This document shows, in pieces, positions 33,911-35,596 of a stretch of 35,596 nucleotides of DNA. The stretch covers positions 15,178,234 through 15,213,829 of the forward strand of contig NC_069000.1 in assembly GCF_001194135.2 (NCBI RefSeq), in the 5' to 3' direction. This DNA comes from Octopus bimaculoides (lineage: Eukaryota). The notes beneath the pieces were generated by a model. It was not told where the DNA came from. It saw nothing but the letters and a program-made list of their open reading frames with translations, and made no database searches. Made by a program: the position numbers and the translations under genes. The first letter of the stretch is position 1. Every line of letters begins with the position of its first letter.

Positions 33911-34174
33911 ATAATATTATGTGACGAAACCACTTGTCTGCCTGTTGCTCATTTAACAAGTCACATTTAACCCTGTCATTTCTTTTTTTCATTATTGGTC
34001 TGGGGAGGTTGTAATAGTAGTCGAATTGCATCGTTTTGGATCATCATTTACGTAAGGGCCCTATCCAAGGTAGACCATGGACTGTCGGATAGACTAAACA
34101 GCATCGTTGGCTGAATGTTTCGAGAGTGATGTAGCAGTTTCTTCATGGCGGTATTCGAAAAAGTTAATACACAT

Positions 34175-34340
34175 AGGCGTGGGAGTGGCTGTGTGGTAAG
34201 TAGCTTGCTTACCAACCACATGGTTCTGGGTTCAGTTCCACTGTGTGGCACCTTAGGCAAGTGTCTTCTGCTATAGCCTCGGTCCGACCAAAGCCTTGTG
34301 CGTGGATTTGGTAGACAGAGACTGAAAGAAGCCCGTCGTA
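34175..34340 (+). mobile_element. SINE family A, 5' half
   Basis: AGGCGTGGGAGTGGCTGTGTGGTAAGTAGC...ACTGAAAGAAGCCCGTCGTA. Confidence 0.9.
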
Positions 34341-34924
34341 TATATGTATGTATATATATGTATGTATGTGTGTGTGTGTCTGTATGTATGTATGTACGTA
34401 CGTATGTATGTATGTATATACAGTATATATTTTCTCTATCATCTCTTTCTACTAATAGGAGATTGATATCAGCAATAATTAAGTGATAATGGCTTNNNNN
34501 NNNNNNNNNNNNNNNNNNNNNNNNNNNNNNNNNNNNNNNNNNNNNNNNNNNNNNNNNNNNNNNNNNNNNNNNNNNNNNNNNNNNNNNNNNNNNNNNNNNN
34601 NNNNNNNNNNNNNNNNNNNNNNNNNNNNNNNNNNNNNNNNNNNNNNNNNNNNNNNNNNNNNNNNNNNNNNNNNNNNNNNNNNNNNNNNNNNNNNNNNNNN
34701 NNNNNNNNNNNNNNNNNNNNNNNNNNNNNNNNNNNNNNNNNNNNNNNNNNNNNNNNNNNNNNNNNNNNNNNNNNNNNNNNNNNNNNNNNNNNNNNNNNNN
34801 NNNNNNNNNNNNNNNNNNNNNNNNNNNNNNNNNNNNNNNNNNNNNNNNNNNNNNNNNNNNNNNNNNNNNNNNNNNNNNNNNNNNNNNNNNNNNNNNNNNN
34901 NNNNNNNNNNNNNNNNNNNNNNNN

Positions 34925-34970
34925 CATCGCTAGACAACCGATGCTGGTGTATTTACGTCCCCGTAACTTA
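34925..34970 (+). mobile_element. SINE family A, fragment from just 3' of the internal microsatellite
   Basis: CATCGCTAGACAACCGATGCTGGTGTATTTACGTCCCCGTAACTTA. Confidence 0.8.
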
Positions 34971-34991
34971 TCTATCTACCTATCTCTCTGT

Positions 34992-35034
<43 letters not shown>

Positions 35035-35324
35035 AATATGTATGTGTATGTATGTATGTATGTATGTATGTGTGTGTGTGTCTGTATGTATGTATGTACG
35101 TACGTATGTATGTATGTATATACAGTATATATTTTCTCTATCATCTCTTTCTACTAATAGGAGATTGATATCAGCAATAATTAAGTGATAATGGCTTCAT
35201 TGTGTTTGTATTTCAGCTCTGAATTAAACTCTAAACGCACGCATGCACACATGTGCAAACACATAAAAACGCGCCCTCACTTATTCAGACAGTCGCACGG
35301 TTTCTCATTCTCTCCCCCTCTTTC

Positions 35325-35373
<49 letters not shown>

Positions 35374-35596
35374 TATTTCCCCCTCTCTCGTTTTGATACA
35401 AACACAAACAATATACCTCTCTTTACTTACCCTGCTCGTCAATATGTATTATTTTATTATTCTCTCTTCGTGGGAGACCTCATACACATTGACACATATA
35501 CGTATATACATATATACATATATAGATACATACATATATACATTTTTACTCTCTCCCTGTAAACGCACAAATATTTGTTGATATATATATATATAT

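Noticed and set aside
34100-34150. Minus-strand CAUGAAGA...CGAAAC
   Set aside because: The core is altered, there is no NUH triplet and no stems pair.

Overview
Repeat-dominated, gene-poor eukaryotic draft-assembly DNA. About 7.7 kb is N, in 15 gaps, and microsatellites are dense. The tRNA-derived SINE families and (TA/CA/TATG/ATT)n content look like an octopus (coleoid cephalopod) genome; this is recognition from memory, not a database match. I found no supportable host protein-coding gene, and nearly all long ORFs in the track are artefacts of microsatellites and N-runs. Supported features: about 20 SINE copies or fragments in three families; four Tc1/mariner-superfamily elements; decayed non-LTR retrotransposon pieces; and several type I hammerhead ribozyme (HHR) motifs. 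The mariner-superfamily elements are two pogo/Tigger-like MITEs, a mariner left end, and an internally deleted element with an intact HTH ORF. The non-LTR pieces are an RLE-type 3' end, a CR1/L2-like ORF1 esterase and a two-finger C2H2 segment. The HHR motifs are the most notable result. They are unrelated outside the catalytic core and sit in short units between microsatellites. Three have complete or near-complete cores and stems (179-252 minus, 1836-1868 plus, 3314-3401 minus), and several more are decayed. All folds were paired by eye and no activity was tested.
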